Shown here: positions 38,733-49,080 of the stretch, one piece after another | How the letters are laid out: every line of letters starts with the position of its first letter | How positions within the stretch are numbered: position 1 is the stretch's first letter | Source of the DNA: Gammaproteobacteria bacterium | GTDB lineage: Bacteria > Pseudomonadota > Gammaproteobacteria > GCA-001735895 | Reading direction: 5' to 3' | Assembly: GCA_014382695.1 (NCBI GenBank) | Contig: JACNJF010000107.1 | Location: 12,237-76,236 of the forward strand | Length of the DNA stretch: 64,000 nt | The notes under the pieces: model-generated | Seen by the model: the letters and a program-made list of their open reading frames with translations, nothing else | The model's database searches: none | What the model was told of the DNA's origin: nothing | Made by a program: the position numbers and the translations under genes

Positions 38733-38753
38733 AGCCTCCTTCGAAAAAATTGA

Positions 38754-39980
38754 TTAAACCGTCTGTAAAAGCTTATTCATTTCAGCGATTTTCTGTTCCG
38801 CTCTGTCCATAAAATAATGGCCATCTGCATCATGTTCGGTTAAACGCAGCTTGCGGATGACCGGCACTTCACTGAGTTGCTCAACCGGCAGCTCACCGAT
38901 ACTGTCCAGATACAACAGGCGCGCGGCGATAACAATATCGCAATAATCGGCCTGTTCACCGCTATCACGCTGCCAGTTATTCACATTTTTTACAATCTCG
39001 ATAAACTCAGGATCGAAATTCCACTCATTGAACATCAGGTTACTCACTGGCAGCTGTAAATGTTCGATGCTTTTACCTAACATGTGCGCTGATTGCATCA
39101 TAGATGGGTGCGCATCGATATATTTCAATATCGGTATCACACCCAGATTCTGTATCAGGCCGCTTAGTAAAGCTTGCTCCGGGTCCAGATGCCTGGCCTG
39201 AGTCAAGGTAATGACATAGGCAATCGCGCCCACCGAGGTACTTTCGTTATAAACTTTCTGTATGGTTTTTTTAATCAGCGAGGTATTGGCCGTAAATAAC
39301 TGTTTAACCGACAGACTGAAACTGAGGTTTTTAGTCGTTTCTATACCCAGTCGTCTGACCGCATCGCGCACGGTTTTTATTTCTCGCCAGGTCCCGTATA
39401 AGGAACTGTTCGCCACCCTCACCAGTCTGGCACTTAATACCGGATCGGACTGAACGATCTGAATGATTTCGTCGCTGCCCACTTCCGGACTACTGATCGC
39501 CTGACGCACCTTAAGCGCGGCCTCCGGCAATACCGGCAAATCCATTTTTTTCTGGATAAACGCATTCAGCAGGCTATCGAACAGTTCATTTTCAGAACGG
39601 GTTAATCCAGCCTCTATAGATTTAAGCGACACCGCCTGTGCCTGTGAATAAAGCCCTTCGAACAAACTACGATTAACCAGGATGATGGTGCCATGCCTGG
39701 TAAATAACGCAGAATCCTGGTCCAGAGATTCATTAAATAGCGGTGACAGTGCACGCTGATCAAGATGATTAAATTTTTCGGTCACAAAGCCCCCGGATAA
39801 CAGGGAGACTTCGCCTTCCAGCAGGTACACCAGTTTTTCCTGCTCAGCCGTTAGCAGAGAGCGCGGATTCAACTGCTGCATTTCAGACTGTGAATAAAGA
39901 TACTCCAGGTCATTCTTATCCAGCGCATTGAGGGGCTTAAGGCGCTGTCGTTGCGTGAAGTGTCCGCTTACAATACTCAT
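38754..39980 (-). CDS. HDOD-domain signalling protein with an N-terminal cNMP-binding-like/regulatory region
   Basis: 408 aa. The central region LPVLPEAALKVRQAI..IVQSDPVLSARLVRVANSSLYG is a typical HDOD start. The domain call for the first ~140 residues is tentative. Confidence 0.6.
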   Translation of the reverse strand: MSIVSGHFTQRQRLKPLNALDKNDLEYLYSQSEMQQLNPRSLLTAEQEKLVYLLEGEVSLLSGGFVTEKFNHLDQRALSPLFNESLDQDSALFTRHGTIILVNRSLFEGLYSQAQAVSLKSIEAGLTRSENELFDSLLNAFIQKKMDLPVLPEAALKVRQAISSPEVGSDEIIQIVQSDPVLSARLVRVANSSLYGTWREIKTVRDAVRRLGIETTKNLSFSLSVKQLFTANTSLIKKTIQKVYNESTSVGAIAYVITLTQARHLDPEQALLSGLIQNLGVIPILKYIDAHPSMMQSAHMLGKSIEHLQLPVSNLMFNEWNFDPEFIEIVKNVNNWQRDSGEQADYCDIVIAARLLYLDSIGELPVEQLSEVPVIRKLRLTEHDADGHYFMDRAEQKIAEMNKLLQTV

Positions 39981-39987
39981 AATAAGG

Positions 39988-40992
39988 TTACTTGATAAAT
40001 TTCATGATACGGTCTGCCATCGAAAAACCGCTGAGCACAGCGCCTTCGATTCGTGGTGAAGTACACCAGTCTCCACAGGCACCCAATGCTGCAGTTTCAT
40101 CAAACAGACAGTCCTGGTCAAGGGTATTTATCGGCAACGCATGTTTCCAGCAGTGTACATTGGCGGATAGTGTTTTAACCGGCTCAACATCACAGGCTTC
40201 GAACAGGGCATCGAGCAGGGCGTGCATCACACGGCCTCTGAAACTGGCCGCATATTTAAACGACCATTCGGGCGAAGATTGCACCACCCAGCTTTCTACC
40301 GCATCCTCTTCAGCACTTGCATTACGAAAACGTGAGAGCCAGGAAATGGGTGAATTGAGCACGAAAGCGGCATCGAAAGGCAGCTCCAGTGGACGCTCAA
40401 AAGCGAACATACCGCCCCAGCAAATGGTCATATCAATGCTTTTTGCGGCACTGCTTATAGATGGCAGAACGCCCGCAATAGCGCCAACCTGATGTGCCGA
40501 CGTAGCCACGATGACCATATCATACAGACCCTGATATCCACCTCGGTCATCGAACAGGCGCCACTGCCCATTATCCATTTTTTCGATTTCAACGATTGAG
40601 GTGGACAGTTTGACCTTGCAATTACTGGCCAGACTATCGGTAATGACCTGCATATGGGGGTAACCCGTATAGCGAGGGGTTTTATCATCCAGATTCAGCA
40701 ACTGCCCTTTTTCCAGCTCCACAATCCAGCCATCCCACGGGCGCACGATACCGGCAGATTGCCAGGCGCTGACCAGGTTCAAAAACAGTGGATTGGATAC
40801 AGTGAAATACTGTTCACCATAGTTAAAGCGATATTCGCCAAACTGATAACGACACAGCCGACCACCGACAAATACCGATTTTTCAAAGACCTGTACATCG
40901 GCAAATCCCTTCAACGCGGTGGCGCAGGTTAACCCGGCGAGCCCGGAACCTATAATCGCAATACGTGGTGAATGAGTGGAGGATCGGTTCAT
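39988..40992 (-). CDS. NAD(P)/FAD-dependent oxidoreductase (renalase-like, COG3380-type)
   Basis: 334 aa with the N-terminal dinucleotide motif IAIIGSGLAGL..E and a C-terminal GDW motif. Confidence 0.6.
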   Translation of the reverse strand: MNRSSTHSPRIAIIGSGLAGLTCATALKGFADVQVFEKSVFVGGRLCRYQFGEYRFNYGEQYFTVSNPLFLNLVSAWQSAGIVRPWDGWIVELEKGQLLNLDDKTPRYTGYPHMQVITDSLASNCKVKLSTSIVEIEKMDNGQWRLFDDRGGYQGLYDMVIVATSAHQVGAIAGVLPSISSAAKSIDMTICWGGMFAFERPLELPFDAAFVLNSPISWLSRFRNASAEEDAVESWVVQSSPEWSFKYAASFRGRVMHALLDALFEACDVEPVKTLSANVHCWKHALPINTLDQDCLFDETAALGACGDWCTSPRIEGAVLSGFSMADRIMKFIK

Positions 40993-41028
40993 ATAGCGAC
41001 GGATAAAAAGCCCACAGCATATAGCGTA

Positions 41029-41069
41029 ATCCGGCCCAATGATACCTGAACAGGTGTATCGGGCCGGAT
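41029..41069 (-). other. Long imperfect hairpin downstream of htpG (possible terminator or REP-like element)
   Basis: ATCCGGCCC..GATACCTG-AA-CAGGTGTATC-GGGCCGGAT. No U-tract follows directly, so the terminator call is weak. Confidence 0.35.
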
Positions 41070-41094
41070 CATCTCCGGGCTACTTGTTTAAGGG

Positions 41095-42999
41095 TTACTG
41101 CGCCAATGAGACCAGCATCTGATTTAATTTATGGACAAAACTGGCGGGGTCATCCAGATGCCCACCTTCCGCCAGAATCGCCTGATCAAACAGAATGTCC
41201 GACCAGTCATTGAAGCGCTCGGCAGACGCTTCCTGATCCAGTCTTTTAACGATTGGATGGTCTGGATTAATCTCCAGGATCGGCTTGCTACCCGGCATCG
41301 CATGCCCGGCTTCTTTCATGAGACGCTGCATATGCATCGCCATATCATGCTGATTCAGTACGATACAGGCAGGAGAATCGGTCAGACGGCTGGATATGCG
41401 CACGTCTTCAACCTTTTCGCCCAGCGCTTCTTTCATACGTTTTAGCAGATCTTCCGATGCCTTCGCTTTTTGCTCCTGCTCCTTTTTGCTTTCTTCGTTA
41501 TCCTTATCCAGATCAAGCTCACCCTTGGCCACCGATTGCAGGGTTTTGCCTTCGTACTCGGTAAAGTTGGAGGTCAGCCATTCATCGACCCGATCAGACA
41601 GCAACAGCACTTCGATGCCTTTTTTACGGAAGATTTCGAGATGCGGGCTATTCTTTGCCGCGGCATGACTGTCTGCCGCAATGTAGTAAATCTTGTCCTG
41701 GGTCTCCGCCATACGCGCAATATAATCATCCAGTGAAACATTCTGCTCAGCACTATTGCTGTGGGTCGAGGCAAAACGTAATAACTTGCCGATTTTTTCC
41801 TTATTGGCAAAGTCTTCACCCGGTCCTTCTTTCAGCACCTTGCCAAACTCTTTCCAGAAGGTCTGGTATTTTTCCGGCTCGTTTTTGGCCATCTTTTCGA
41901 GCAGGGAAAGAACCTTTTTAACCGATCCGTTACGGATGCTATCGATCACCTTATTGCTTTGCAGGATTTCACGCGAAACATTCAATGACAGCGCATTCGA
42001 GTCGACCAGACCACGCACAAAACGCAGATACTTGGGCATCAACTGTTCGGAATCTTCCAGAATAAACACTCGCTGTACATACAGCTTGATACCATGCTTG
42101 GATTCACGGTCATACAGGTCAAACGGCGCACGCTTGGGAAGATACAGCAATGAGGTATATTCGTTGGTGCCTTCTACCCGGTTATGAATCCAGTCCAGCG
42201 GCTCGTCAAAATCATGTGCTACATGCTTGTAAAATTCTTTGTACTCTTCATCCGTGATTTCACTTTTAGGCAACGTCCACAGGGCGGAAGCCTGATTCAC
42301 GGTTTCTTCTTCGATCGTGCTCGCACCACCTTCTTCTTCCGCTTCGACGACCTTATCCATGACCACCGGAAAGGAGATATGATCGCTGTACTGAGTGATG
42401 ATAGAGCGCAGTTTCCAGTCATTCAGGAACTCCGACTCTTCTTCGCGTAGATGCAGAATGACTTCGGTACCACGCGCAGGCTTATCGGTGGTTTTAATTT
42501 CATACTCCCCCTTACCTTTGGACACCCAACTGACACCCTGCTCTGCCGGATCGCCGGCTTTGCGTGTATTCAGGGTGACTTCATCGGCGACGATGAAGGA
42601 AGAATAGAAACCCACACCGAACTGACCAATCAGCTTGGCATCGGACGACTCATCACCGGTCAGCGAATCGAAGAAGGAACGGGTGCCCGATTTGGCAATG
42701 GTCCCGATATGTTCGATGACTTCTTCACGATTCATCCCGATGCCGTTATCGGTAATGGTGATGGTGCGCGCATCCTGGTCATACGCCACCCTGATTTTCA
42801 GATCGATATCTTTTTCATACAGGCTATCATCAGAAACACCGAGAAATCGCAGCTTGTCGCAGGCATCAGAAGCATTAGAGATTAATTCCCGCAAAAAAAT
42901 TTCTTTATTCGAATACAGGCTATGAATCATCAGATCCAGTAGCTGATTGACTTCTGTTTCGAACCCACGGGTTTCAGTTTTTGCTTCTACACTCATCAT
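41095..42999 (-). CDS. htpG: Molecular chaperone HtpG (Hsp90)
   Basis: About 634 aa with ATGs at 42999 and 42996 just after AAGGAG; the track's TTG at 43011 lies inside the SD. The GHKL ATPase motif ELISNASDA is present. Confidence 0.92.
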   Translation of the reverse strand: MMSVEAKTETRGFETEVNQLLDLMIHSLYSNKEIFLRELISNASDACDKLRFLGVSDDSLYEKDIDLKIRVAYDQDARTITITDNGIGMNREEVIEHIGTIAKSGTRSFFDSLTGDESSDAKLIGQFGVGFYSSFIVADEVTLNTRKAGDPAEQGVSWVSKGKGEYEIKTTDKPARGTEVILHLREEESEFLNDWKLRSIITQYSDHISFPVVMDKVVEAEEEGGASTIEEETVNQASALWTLPKSEITDEEYKEFYKHVAHDFDEPLDWIHNRVEGTNEYTSLLYLPKRAPFDLYDRESKHGIKLYVQRVFILEDSEQLMPKYLRFVRGLVDSNALSLNVSREILQSNKVIDSIRNGSVKKVLSLLEKMAKNEPEKYQTFWKEFGKVLKEGPGEDFANKEKIGKLLRFASTHSNSAEQNVSLDDYIARMAETQDKIYYIAADSHAAAKNSPHLEIFRKKGIEVLLLSDRVDEWLTSNFTEYEGKTLQSVAKGELDLDKDNEESKKEQEQKAKASEDLLKRMKEALGEKVEDVRISSRLTDSPACIVLNQHDMAMHMQRLMKEAGHAMPGSKPILEINPDHPIVKRLDQEASAERFNDWSDILFDQAILAEGGHLDDPASFVHKLNQMLVSLAQ

Positions 43000-43059
43000 G
43001 TTCTCCTTCAATTATTTACAGGGATTAGCGGCAGTTTGCCGGTTAAACGATAAAAAGCT

Positions 43060-43087
43060 ATATGAGGATAAAAGCCGACAATTCAAG
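43060..43087 (-). promoter_or_regulatory. Sigma-32 (heat-shock) type promoter of htpG
   Basis: Reverse strand: CTTGAA-N14-CCTCATAT, compared with the E. coli consensus CTTGAA-N13-14-CCCCATnT. It lies about 60 nt upstream of the htpG start. Confidence 0.6.
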
Positions 43088-43121
43088 CCATCAATTGTGT
43101 TACCGAATAAAACAGTTGATT

Positions 43122-43598
43122 TCAGGCATGGACGGCCCGCTCATGCGCCAGCAGCCACTGTTTACGGGTCAGTTTATGCCCGCTAACGGCACCTTCATAA
43201 CCACCGATGGAGTGCTTGCCGACGATACGATGACAGGGAATGAGGAGCGGGACTGGATTGCGTTTACAGGCTTGCCCAACCGCACGTGGAGCCGAGCCCA
43301 GCAGGTCACTCACCGCGCCATAGCTCAGGGTTTCCCCATAAGGAATCTGCAACATGATGCGCCAGACTTTTTGCTGAAACGCCGTTCCATGATCCATCAA
43401 TGTCAGATCTTCAGGCATGGGTCGGCCGAGGAAATATTGATCCAGCCAGTGTTTTATCGCACCCGATGGCAGCGCAGTGGTAAATTTTTGCGGTTCGGGC
43501 GGCTCATATTCCAGCGCGACTACGCGCTGATCGAGAACGCTTAAAAAAAGCCGATCCAGCGCCGAATCGTAGTAATTGTATTGTGTCTCAGCCGGCAC
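43122..43598 (-). CDS. ogt: Methylated-DNA--protein-cysteine methyltransferase
   Basis: 158 aa with the active site IPCHRIV. The start overlaps the upstream ORF by 11 nt. Confidence 0.85.
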   Translation of the reverse strand: MPAETQYNYYDSALDRLFLSVLDQRVVALEYEPPEPQKFTTALPSGAIKHWLDQYFLGRPMPEDLTLMDHGTAFQQKVWRIMLQIPYGETLSYGAVSDLLGSAPRAVGQACKRNPVPLLIPCHRIVGKHSIGGYEGAVSGHKLTRKQWLLAHERAVHA

Positions 43599-45348
43599 CC
43601 TGGGTTAACCATAATTGCTGGATGTTATGCCTCAGCACAGAGCGTCGTGCAGGCTCTCTGGTAATCTCCAGCAGTGACTGGAACACCCTTCTCGCATCAT
43701 CCACCAGCCCGGCCTTCTGCAAGCTTTCTGCCGCACTAAAACGGGCCGTTTGCGCCCATGGATCCATCGTCTCGGGGCCTGGATACATGGCCGACTGCAA
43801 GTAAAGCAGTGCTGCTTTTTCATATTGCTTTAAGGCTTTGAACGAGTCCGCCATCCAGAACATGATTTCACGTCTTTGTGACGGTTCAATCGGCAGATTG
43901 ATGAGCTGGCGAAAATGTGTAATAGCCTGCTCATTAGCCTGTAACGTCTGCAGATCAAATAAAATCTGTAACAGGCGATCGGTATCTTCTTTATTTGGTT
44001 CGGCGTAACGGCTGATCAGTTCATTCAGTTTGTCATCGCCCTGTTTCAGCTTGCCGCCGAGCAACAGCACGCGTGCCTGACGTAACACCCAGTCAAACTC
44101 GCGGATTTTTTCAGGAACCGAGTCCAGCCCGGACATCAGGCGGGTAGCCTCCAGGATATTCGCCTGCTTCAATGCAAGATCAACCAGTTGAAAACGGATC
44201 TGGACAGGAATTTCTGCCGCATTGGAAAACTGCTTACTTTGATTGAACAGCTGGTCAATCAGTTGTTTTTGCTGATCATTTTCCAGATTTAGCGTCTTTA
44301 GGAATAACTCAGCGGCCTGATGCTTTACCTCCTGATTCGGGCTTGCGGTCATCAGATAAGCGAGTAAGGAACGCGCCCTGACCGCAGACTCCTGTTTTAT
44401 ATTTTGCGCCAGCTGCAGCCAGTTCTGATCATCACCGATCAATAGCTCACTGCGATTTCCGATCAGCTGGGCATAGTGAAAATAGGCCTGCCATAACTGG
44501 TCGGCGTCCACCGCATACAGATTGATATTGTCCGCGACAGCCAGACTGAGACGAGCTTCCAGTGCCTGCACTTCGAACTCCGGACTGATTTGCTGGGCAG
44601 CGATGGCTGAGATCGACCAGTAGGTCGCCAGCTGCTCCGGGTCATCGCGGATCACTGCTATGCGTTTTTGCGACAGTTCCCAAAGATCTTTTGCGGAGTG
44701 CATCTTGTTACGATACTCAGCCAGTAAGCGCATCGATAACGATTGCCAGTCGAGGCGGGATGAAAGCAGTGCGATCGTTTCATCGAATCGACCCGACTCC
44801 ATCAGTACTCTGGCACGTAACAGTATCCAGTCTTTATCGGTTTGCTCGAAATCCTGCTGCAATCTGAGCATCGAGACCCTGGCATCATCGACTTTCTGTT
44901 CGTTCAGATAGGTTTCTACCACCAGCTTGCGCCATTCCCGGTACTCGCTGGAACTGGCAGCATTGGCCTGCCACAGCTGTTCGCGTAATAACTGCCGGGC
45001 AGTCTGGTTCTGACCAAGGGCTATATAGGCGCGAATCCGGTAGGAAGCCGCCTGCTGTAAAAATTGCTCGGGCAGGGTCAGGGGTAAACCTTCAATTCGC
45101 ACCAGCAGATCATTCCATTGTTTCCAGCGCGCCAGAATCTGATAGCGCTCCTGCTCCCATAAGATCCATTCGTAGAGATCCTTTTGCATCGCAGGTTGAG
45201 CCTGATCGAGCATTTTCAGGGTCAGAAAAGGTGCGCCTGCAGCAGAGATATACTTCAGCGAATCCAGTTGTTGATCCGCAGCGACTTGCGCGCCGGGCAG
45301 ATACAGCCATAGCGCCAGCAACAAGGCCGGGAAACGAGGTTTAATCAT
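43588..45348 (-). CDS. Secreted helical-repeat (TPR-like) protein of unknown function
   Basis: 586 aa with signal peptide ..LPGAQVAA. All-helical, Leu/Gln/Ala-rich repeats and no catalytic motif. Confidence 0.45.
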   Translation of the reverse strand: MIKPRFPALLLALWLYLPGAQVAADQQLDSLKYISAAGAPFLTLKMLDQAQPAMQKDLYEWILWEQERYQILARWKQWNDLLVRIEGLPLTLPEQFLQQAASYRIRAYIALGQNQTARQLLREQLWQANAASSSEYREWRKLVVETYLNEQKVDDARVSMLRLQQDFEQTDKDWILLRARVLMESGRFDETIALLSSRLDWQSLSMRLLAEYRNKMHSAKDLWELSQKRIAVIRDDPEQLATYWSISAIAAQQISPEFEVQALEARLSLAVADNINLYAVDADQLWQAYFHYAQLIGNRSELLIGDDQNWLQLAQNIKQESAVRARSLLAYLMTASPNQEVKHQAAELFLKTLNLENDQQKQLIDQLFNQSKQFSNAAEIPVQIRFQLVDLALKQANILEATRLMSGLDSVPEKIREFDWVLRQARVLLLGGKLKQGDDKLNELISRYAEPNKEDTDRLLQILFDLQTLQANEQAITHFRQLINLPIEPSQRREIMFWMADSFKALKQYEKAALLYLQSAMYPGPETMDPWAQTARFSAAESLQKAGLVDDARRVFQSLLEITREPARRSVLRHNIQQLWLTQGAG

Positions 45349-45359
45349 AAATTCTGGGC

Positions 45360-45395
45360 AAAAAAAAGGTGTGTAGGCAAAGCATACACACCTTT
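45360..45395 (-). terminator. Rho-independent terminator after rplS
   Basis: Reverse strand: AAAGGTGTGTA-TGCTTTGCC-TACACACCTTT followed by TTTTT. 11-bp perfect stem. Confidence 0.85.
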
Positions 45396-45421
45396 GAGAA
45401 AATCTGAAATATCAGATCTAC

Positions 45422-45766
45422 TTATAACTTTTCTTTGATACGTGCTGCCTTACCAGTCAATCCACGCAGATAATACAGTTTGGCACGACGGACGCTACCA
45501 CGACGCTTTACGTTAATTTCAGCGATCAATGGACTGTGGGTCTGAAATACGCGTTCTACGCCTTCACCATTGGAAATTTTACGTACCGTAAAAGCCGAGT
45601 TAATACCGCGATTACGCTTGGCGATAACAACGCCTTCAAACGCCTGTAGACGCTCACGATCCGCTTCTTTAACTCTCACCTGTACAGAAACCGTATCTCC
45701 AGGACCAAATGCAGGGATGTCTGACTTTAACTGTTCAGCTTCCAGTGCGGCGATAATTTTACTCAT
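45422..45766 (-). CDS. rplS: 50S ribosomal protein L19
   Basis: 114 aa from the ATG at 45766 (MSKIIAALE..), with FGPGDTV.V and GEGVERVF. Confidence 0.92.
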   Translation of the reverse strand: MSKIIAALEAEQLKSDIPAFGPGDTVSVQVRVKEADRERLQAFEGVVIAKRNRGINSAFTVRKISNGEGVERVFQTHSPLIAEINVKRRGSVRRAKLYYLRGLTGKAARIKEKL

Positions 45767-45798
45767 GATATTTCCTCGTAATCTCAATTCAATTCTGA

Positions 45799-46545
45799 CT
45801 AAGTCAACTTTGACTCAGCGATAAATTCTTTCAGCAACCCTTGCTGCCGTTCATTTAATTCCATTTCCCCCAGTAAATCGGGGCGTCTCATCCAGGTTCG
45901 TCCAATTGCCTGTTTATCCCGCCAGTCCTGTATCAACTGATGATGACCATTCAAAAGTACTTCCGGTACTTTCAGACCATTAATCAGCTCTGGTCTGGTG
46001 TAATGCGGACAATCCAGCAAACCACCACTGAATGAATCCTGTTGCGCTGAATCCTGATGCCCCAGTGCGCCGGGAATCTGACGGGTTATCGCATCGATAC
46101 AGACCATCGCGGCCAGTTCTCCGCCACTGATCACGTAATCGCCGATAGACCACTCTTCATCGACTTCCAGTTCGATGAGTCTTTCATCTATACCTTCGTA
46201 ACGACCACACAACAGAATCAGATTACCCTGCTCAACGCTCTGGTTAATCAGATTCTGCTTAAGCAATACCCCCTGTGGACTGAGATAGATCAGCCTGGCC
46301 AGCGGGTTTTCCTGCTTTACGGCCTGAATGCAGGCCAGCAACGGCTCCACCTTCATTAACATACCCGGACCGCCACCATAAGGACGATCATCCACCGTTC
46401 TATGTCTATCCTGGGTGAAATCTCGTGGATTCCACAGTTTGAGCTCAACTAATCCTTTATCAGCCGCTCGACTGACCACACCGTGCTGAATCACGCCTGT
46501 TACCAGTTCAGGAAACAGCGTAATAACATCAATGCGCATTGTCAC
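45799..46545 (-). CDS. trmD: tRNA (guanine37-N1)-methyltransferase
   Basis: 248 aa with ITLFPE.., [11 protein letters not shown] and the SIGDYV.SGGE knot motifs. Confidence 0.92.
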   Translation of the reverse strand: MTMRIDVITLFPELVTGVIQHGVVSRAADKGLVELKLWNPRDFTQDRHRTVDDRPYGGGPGMLMKVEPLLACIQAVKQENPLARLIYLSPQGVLLKQNLINQSVEQGNLILLCGRYEGIDERLIELEVDEEWSIGDYVISGGELAAMVCIDAITRQIPGALGHQDSAQQDSFSGGLLDCPHYTRPELINGLKVPEVLLNGHHQLIQDWRDKQAIGRTWMRRPDLLGEMELNERQQGLLKEFIAESKLT

Positions 46546-46553
46546 TACACCAG

Positions 46554-47066
46554 TTAAAAATCCGCATCCCAGTCAACAATAAGCTGTTGAGTCTCAAGAT
46601 TAATATTGATCACCACTTCATCCATCACGTAGGGTATCAGTCGTTCCCTGTCTCCCTGTACCACCATTACATCGTTGGCACCGGTTTCCAGCATATGATC
46701 GATATAACCCAGCTCGATACCAGAGGTTGAGGTGACCCTTAAGCCTTCTAGCTGACTCCAGTAATAATCACCTTCCTGTAAATCCGGTAACTGATTTCTG
46801 CGGATCATAATTTTGGCCCCAATGATATCAGCGGCCTGTTCCCGCTCTGTTACGCCTTCAATTCTGGCAATAACATTCTTGCCCTGAGCATGTCCTGAGA
46901 CGTCCACACTGCGGGTTACCCCGTCCTGCTCAATCAGCCAGGGCGAGTACTTAACGATATTCTCGCGCGGACTGGTATTGGAAAATACCTTAACCAGTCC
47001 ATGCACGCCATGCACACCAAGAACATGTCCGATCTCAATCAAATCAGTGCCATCCTGTGACATCAT
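46554..47066 (-). CDS. rimM: 16S rRNA processing protein RimM
   Basis: 170 aa with G.V.G.HG..G.VKV and a C-terminal PRC barrel, in the conserved rpsP-rimM-trmD-rplS order. Confidence 0.88.
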   Translation of the reverse strand: MMSQDGTDLIEIGHVLGVHGVHGLVKVFSNTSPRENIVKYSPWLIEQDGVTRSVDVSGHAQGKNVIARIEGVTEREQAADIIGAKIMIRRNQLPDLQEGDYYWSQLEGLRVTSTSGIELGYIDHMLETGANDVMVVQGDRERLIPYVMDEVVININLETQQLIVDWDADF

Positions 47067-47106
47067 TACTCTGAAAGCGGCACAGCCAGTCAGTTACTAC
47101 GAACCC

Positions 47107-47355
47107 TTAAGCTGCCTTTTTAGAGCACTTAATCAGCGTTGAAACTCGGTCAGAAGGTTGCGCACCCTGAGACAGCCAGTAATCAATTCGATCACTATCC
47201 AGGCGAAACTCTTCTGCAGCGCCAGTTGCCTTAGGGTTGAAAAAACCAACACGCTCAATATAACGACCATCGCGTGCACGACGACTGTCACTCACCACAA
47301 CGTGATAAAACGGACGTCTCTTTGAGCCGCCACGAGACAAACGAATAGATACCAT
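47107..47355 (-). CDS. rpsP: 30S ribosomal protein S16
   Basis: 82 aa beginning [21 protein letters not shown]. Confidence 0.93.
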   Translation of the reverse strand: MVSIRLSRGGSKRRPFYHVVVSDSRRARDGRYIERVGFFNPKATGAAEEFRLDSDRIDYWLSQGAQPSDRVSTLIKCSKKAA

Positions 47356-47426
47356 AATTTAAAAAACCTCTAAGCTGTCATCAAGACAATAGCTGACCAC
47401 CTCACCGGCTGGTCAGGAAACGGGGT

Positions 47427-47454
47427 ATTGTACCCATATCGATTCATTTGTGAA
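47427..47454 (-). promoter_or_regulatory. Candidate sigma-70 promoter of the rpsP operon
   Basis: Reverse strand: TTCACA-16 nt-TACAAT, about 70 nt upstream of rpsP. The leader contains the hairpin CTGACCA..TGGTCAG. Confidence 0.4.
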
Positions 47455-47639
47455 GCGCTAAAGAATGTTATTTTCATCTGAATTACTTTTTAATGCTTTC
47501 CTTGCCAGGTCAAATCGGAAAACCGGTGGTTAAACCACCACAGCACAGGCCCTGCGCAACATGGCAACAGTTACCCTCTGACTATTGCAGAGCAAACGCT
47601 GGCACCCGGAATCTCCCTGCCCCGAACAGCTACTTTCCG

Positions 47640-49004
47640 CTAAAATGGCATTCCAGGTGGCATTTTTCCTTTCATCGCCTGCATCATACCGCGCATAGCC
47701 CCCTTATTGCCTATTTTCTTCATCATCTTCTGCATTTGCTTATGCTGTTTTAGCAGTCGATTCACGTCCTGAATCTGGGTACCGGAACCGATAGCGACCC
47801 GGCGTTTACGCGAACCATTGATTAACTCCGGTTTACGCCGTTCAATCGGCGTCATCGAGTCAATAATGGCAACCATTCGCTTCATCTGCTTTTTGTGCTC
47901 AGGGTTTTGTAGTTGCTGACTGACATTACCCCCGACACCCGGCAATTTATCGATCAGACTGGAGAGCCCTCCCATATTTTCCATCTGGGTAAACTGGTCA
48001 CGCAGGTCTTCGAGGTCGAAACCCTTGCCCTTGCGTACTTTCTGTACCAGTTTTCTGGCCTTATCCTGGTCGACTTTCTGGTGTGCCGCTTCAACCAGTG
48101 AAAGAATGTCGCCCATTCCGAGGATGCGCGATGCAATCCGCTCAGGATGAAACACTTCCAGAGCATCTGTTTTTTCGCCGGAACCGATAAACTTAATCGG
48201 TTTGCCGGTAATCTGACGCACCGATAAGGCGGCACCGCCACGCGCATCGCCATCTGTCTTGGTCAGTATGACACCGGTTAGCGGCAGCGCATCACCGAAC
48301 GCTTTAGCCGTGTTAGCGGCATCCTGTCCGGTCATACTATCGACCACAAACAGCGTTTCCTGAGGGTTGGCTGCCTGATGAATCGCCTTTATTTCAGCCA
48401 TCATCTCTTCATTAATATGCAGACGACCAGCCGTATCCACCAGCAACACATCAGCACTCTGCTTGCGCGCCGCCAGTACCGCATCAGCCGTAATCTTTAC
48501 CGGCTTCTGCGATATATCACTCGGGAAAAACACTGCATTGACTTCAGCAGCCAGCGTCTTAAGCTGCTCGATGGCAGCGGGCCTGTAGACGTCTGCACTC
48601 ACCACCATGACGTGCTTTTTATCCTGCTCTATCAGCCTTCTGGCCAACTTTGCTACGGTTGTGGTTTTACCTGCACCCTGCAGTCCTGCCAATAAAATCA
48701 CTACCGGTGGCTTGCTATTCAGGTTCAGTGCGGTTGAAGTATCCCCCATCACCGAGACCAGTTCGTCATTGACGACCTTAACCAACGCCTGTCCGGGCGA
48801 CAGACTGCTAAGCACTTCCTGTCCCAGAGCCTTCTCACGCACCTGGTCTATAAAGCTTCTGATTACCGGCAGGGCCACATCAGCTTCCAGCAACGCCATA
48901 CGGATTTCACGCAGGGTGTCTTTAATATTTTCTTCGGTCAGACGTCCCTGACCACGAAGATTTTTTACCGTACGACTGAGGCGTTCTGATAGATTTTCAA
49001 ACAT
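47640..49004 (-). CDS. ffh: Signal recognition particle protein Ffh
   Basis: 454 aa with GTPase motifs GLQGAGKTT, DTAGR and TK.DG, and a Met-rich C-terminal M domain. Confidence 0.93.
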   Translation of the reverse strand: MFENLSERLSRTVKNLRGQGRLTEENIKDTLREIRMALLEADVALPVIRSFIDQVREKALGQEVLSSLSPGQALVKVVNDELVSVMGDTSTALNLNSKPPVVILLAGLQGAGKTTTVAKLARRLIEQDKKHVMVVSADVYRPAAIEQLKTLAAEVNAVFFPSDISQKPVKITADAVLAARKQSADVLLVDTAGRLHINEEMMAEIKAIHQAANPQETLFVVDSMTGQDAANTAKAFGDALPLTGVILTKTDGDARGGAALSVRQITGKPIKFIGSGEKTDALEVFHPERIASRILGMGDILSLVEAAHQKVDQDKARKLVQKVRKGKGFDLEDLRDQFTQMENMGGLSSLIDKLPGVGGNVSQQLQNPEHKKQMKRMVAIIDSMTPIERRKPELINGSRKRRVAIGSGTQIQDVNRLLKQHKQMQKMMKKIGNKGAMRGMMQAMKGKMPPGMPF

Positions 49005-49080
49005 AGTATTGGATAGAGCGTTAATTCAAGAAGGAGGGATTATACCCAAATAAACGGATACATCAGCTGTATTTAAGACT

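Noticed and set aside
38163-38753. 196-aa plus-strand ORF spanning the trxC/hslR region
   Set aside because: It lies entirely antisense to two genes with unmistakable motifs (WCGPC thioredoxin, S4-domain Hsp15). Its composition is low-complexity and Arg/Ser/Thr-rich with no recognisable domain. This is a typical shadow ORF.
39992-40492. 166-aa plus-strand ORF over the FAD oxidoreductase gene
   Set aside because: It is antisense to a gene with a clear Rossmann GxGxxG start. Ser/Ala-rich shadow frame.
41131-42925. A series of at least eight plus-strand ORFs of 70-144 aa inside the htpG coordinates
   Set aside because: All are antisense to the continuous 634-aa HtpG frame. They arise because codon bias depletes stop codons on the opposite strand. 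None has start-site support.
43062-43544. 160-aa plus-strand ORF over ogt
   Set aside because: It is antisense to ogt (PCHRIV active site). It also begins inside the htpG promoter region and has no SD.
47493-47753. 86-aa plus-strand ORF in the ffh-rpsP spacer, running into the ffh 3' end
   Set aside because: It overlaps ffh in antisense. It has a His/Leu/Pro-rich low-complexity sequence and no SD. The spacer is better explained by a weak ffh terminator hairpin (GGTGG-TTTAA-CCACC) plus the rpsP promoter and leader.
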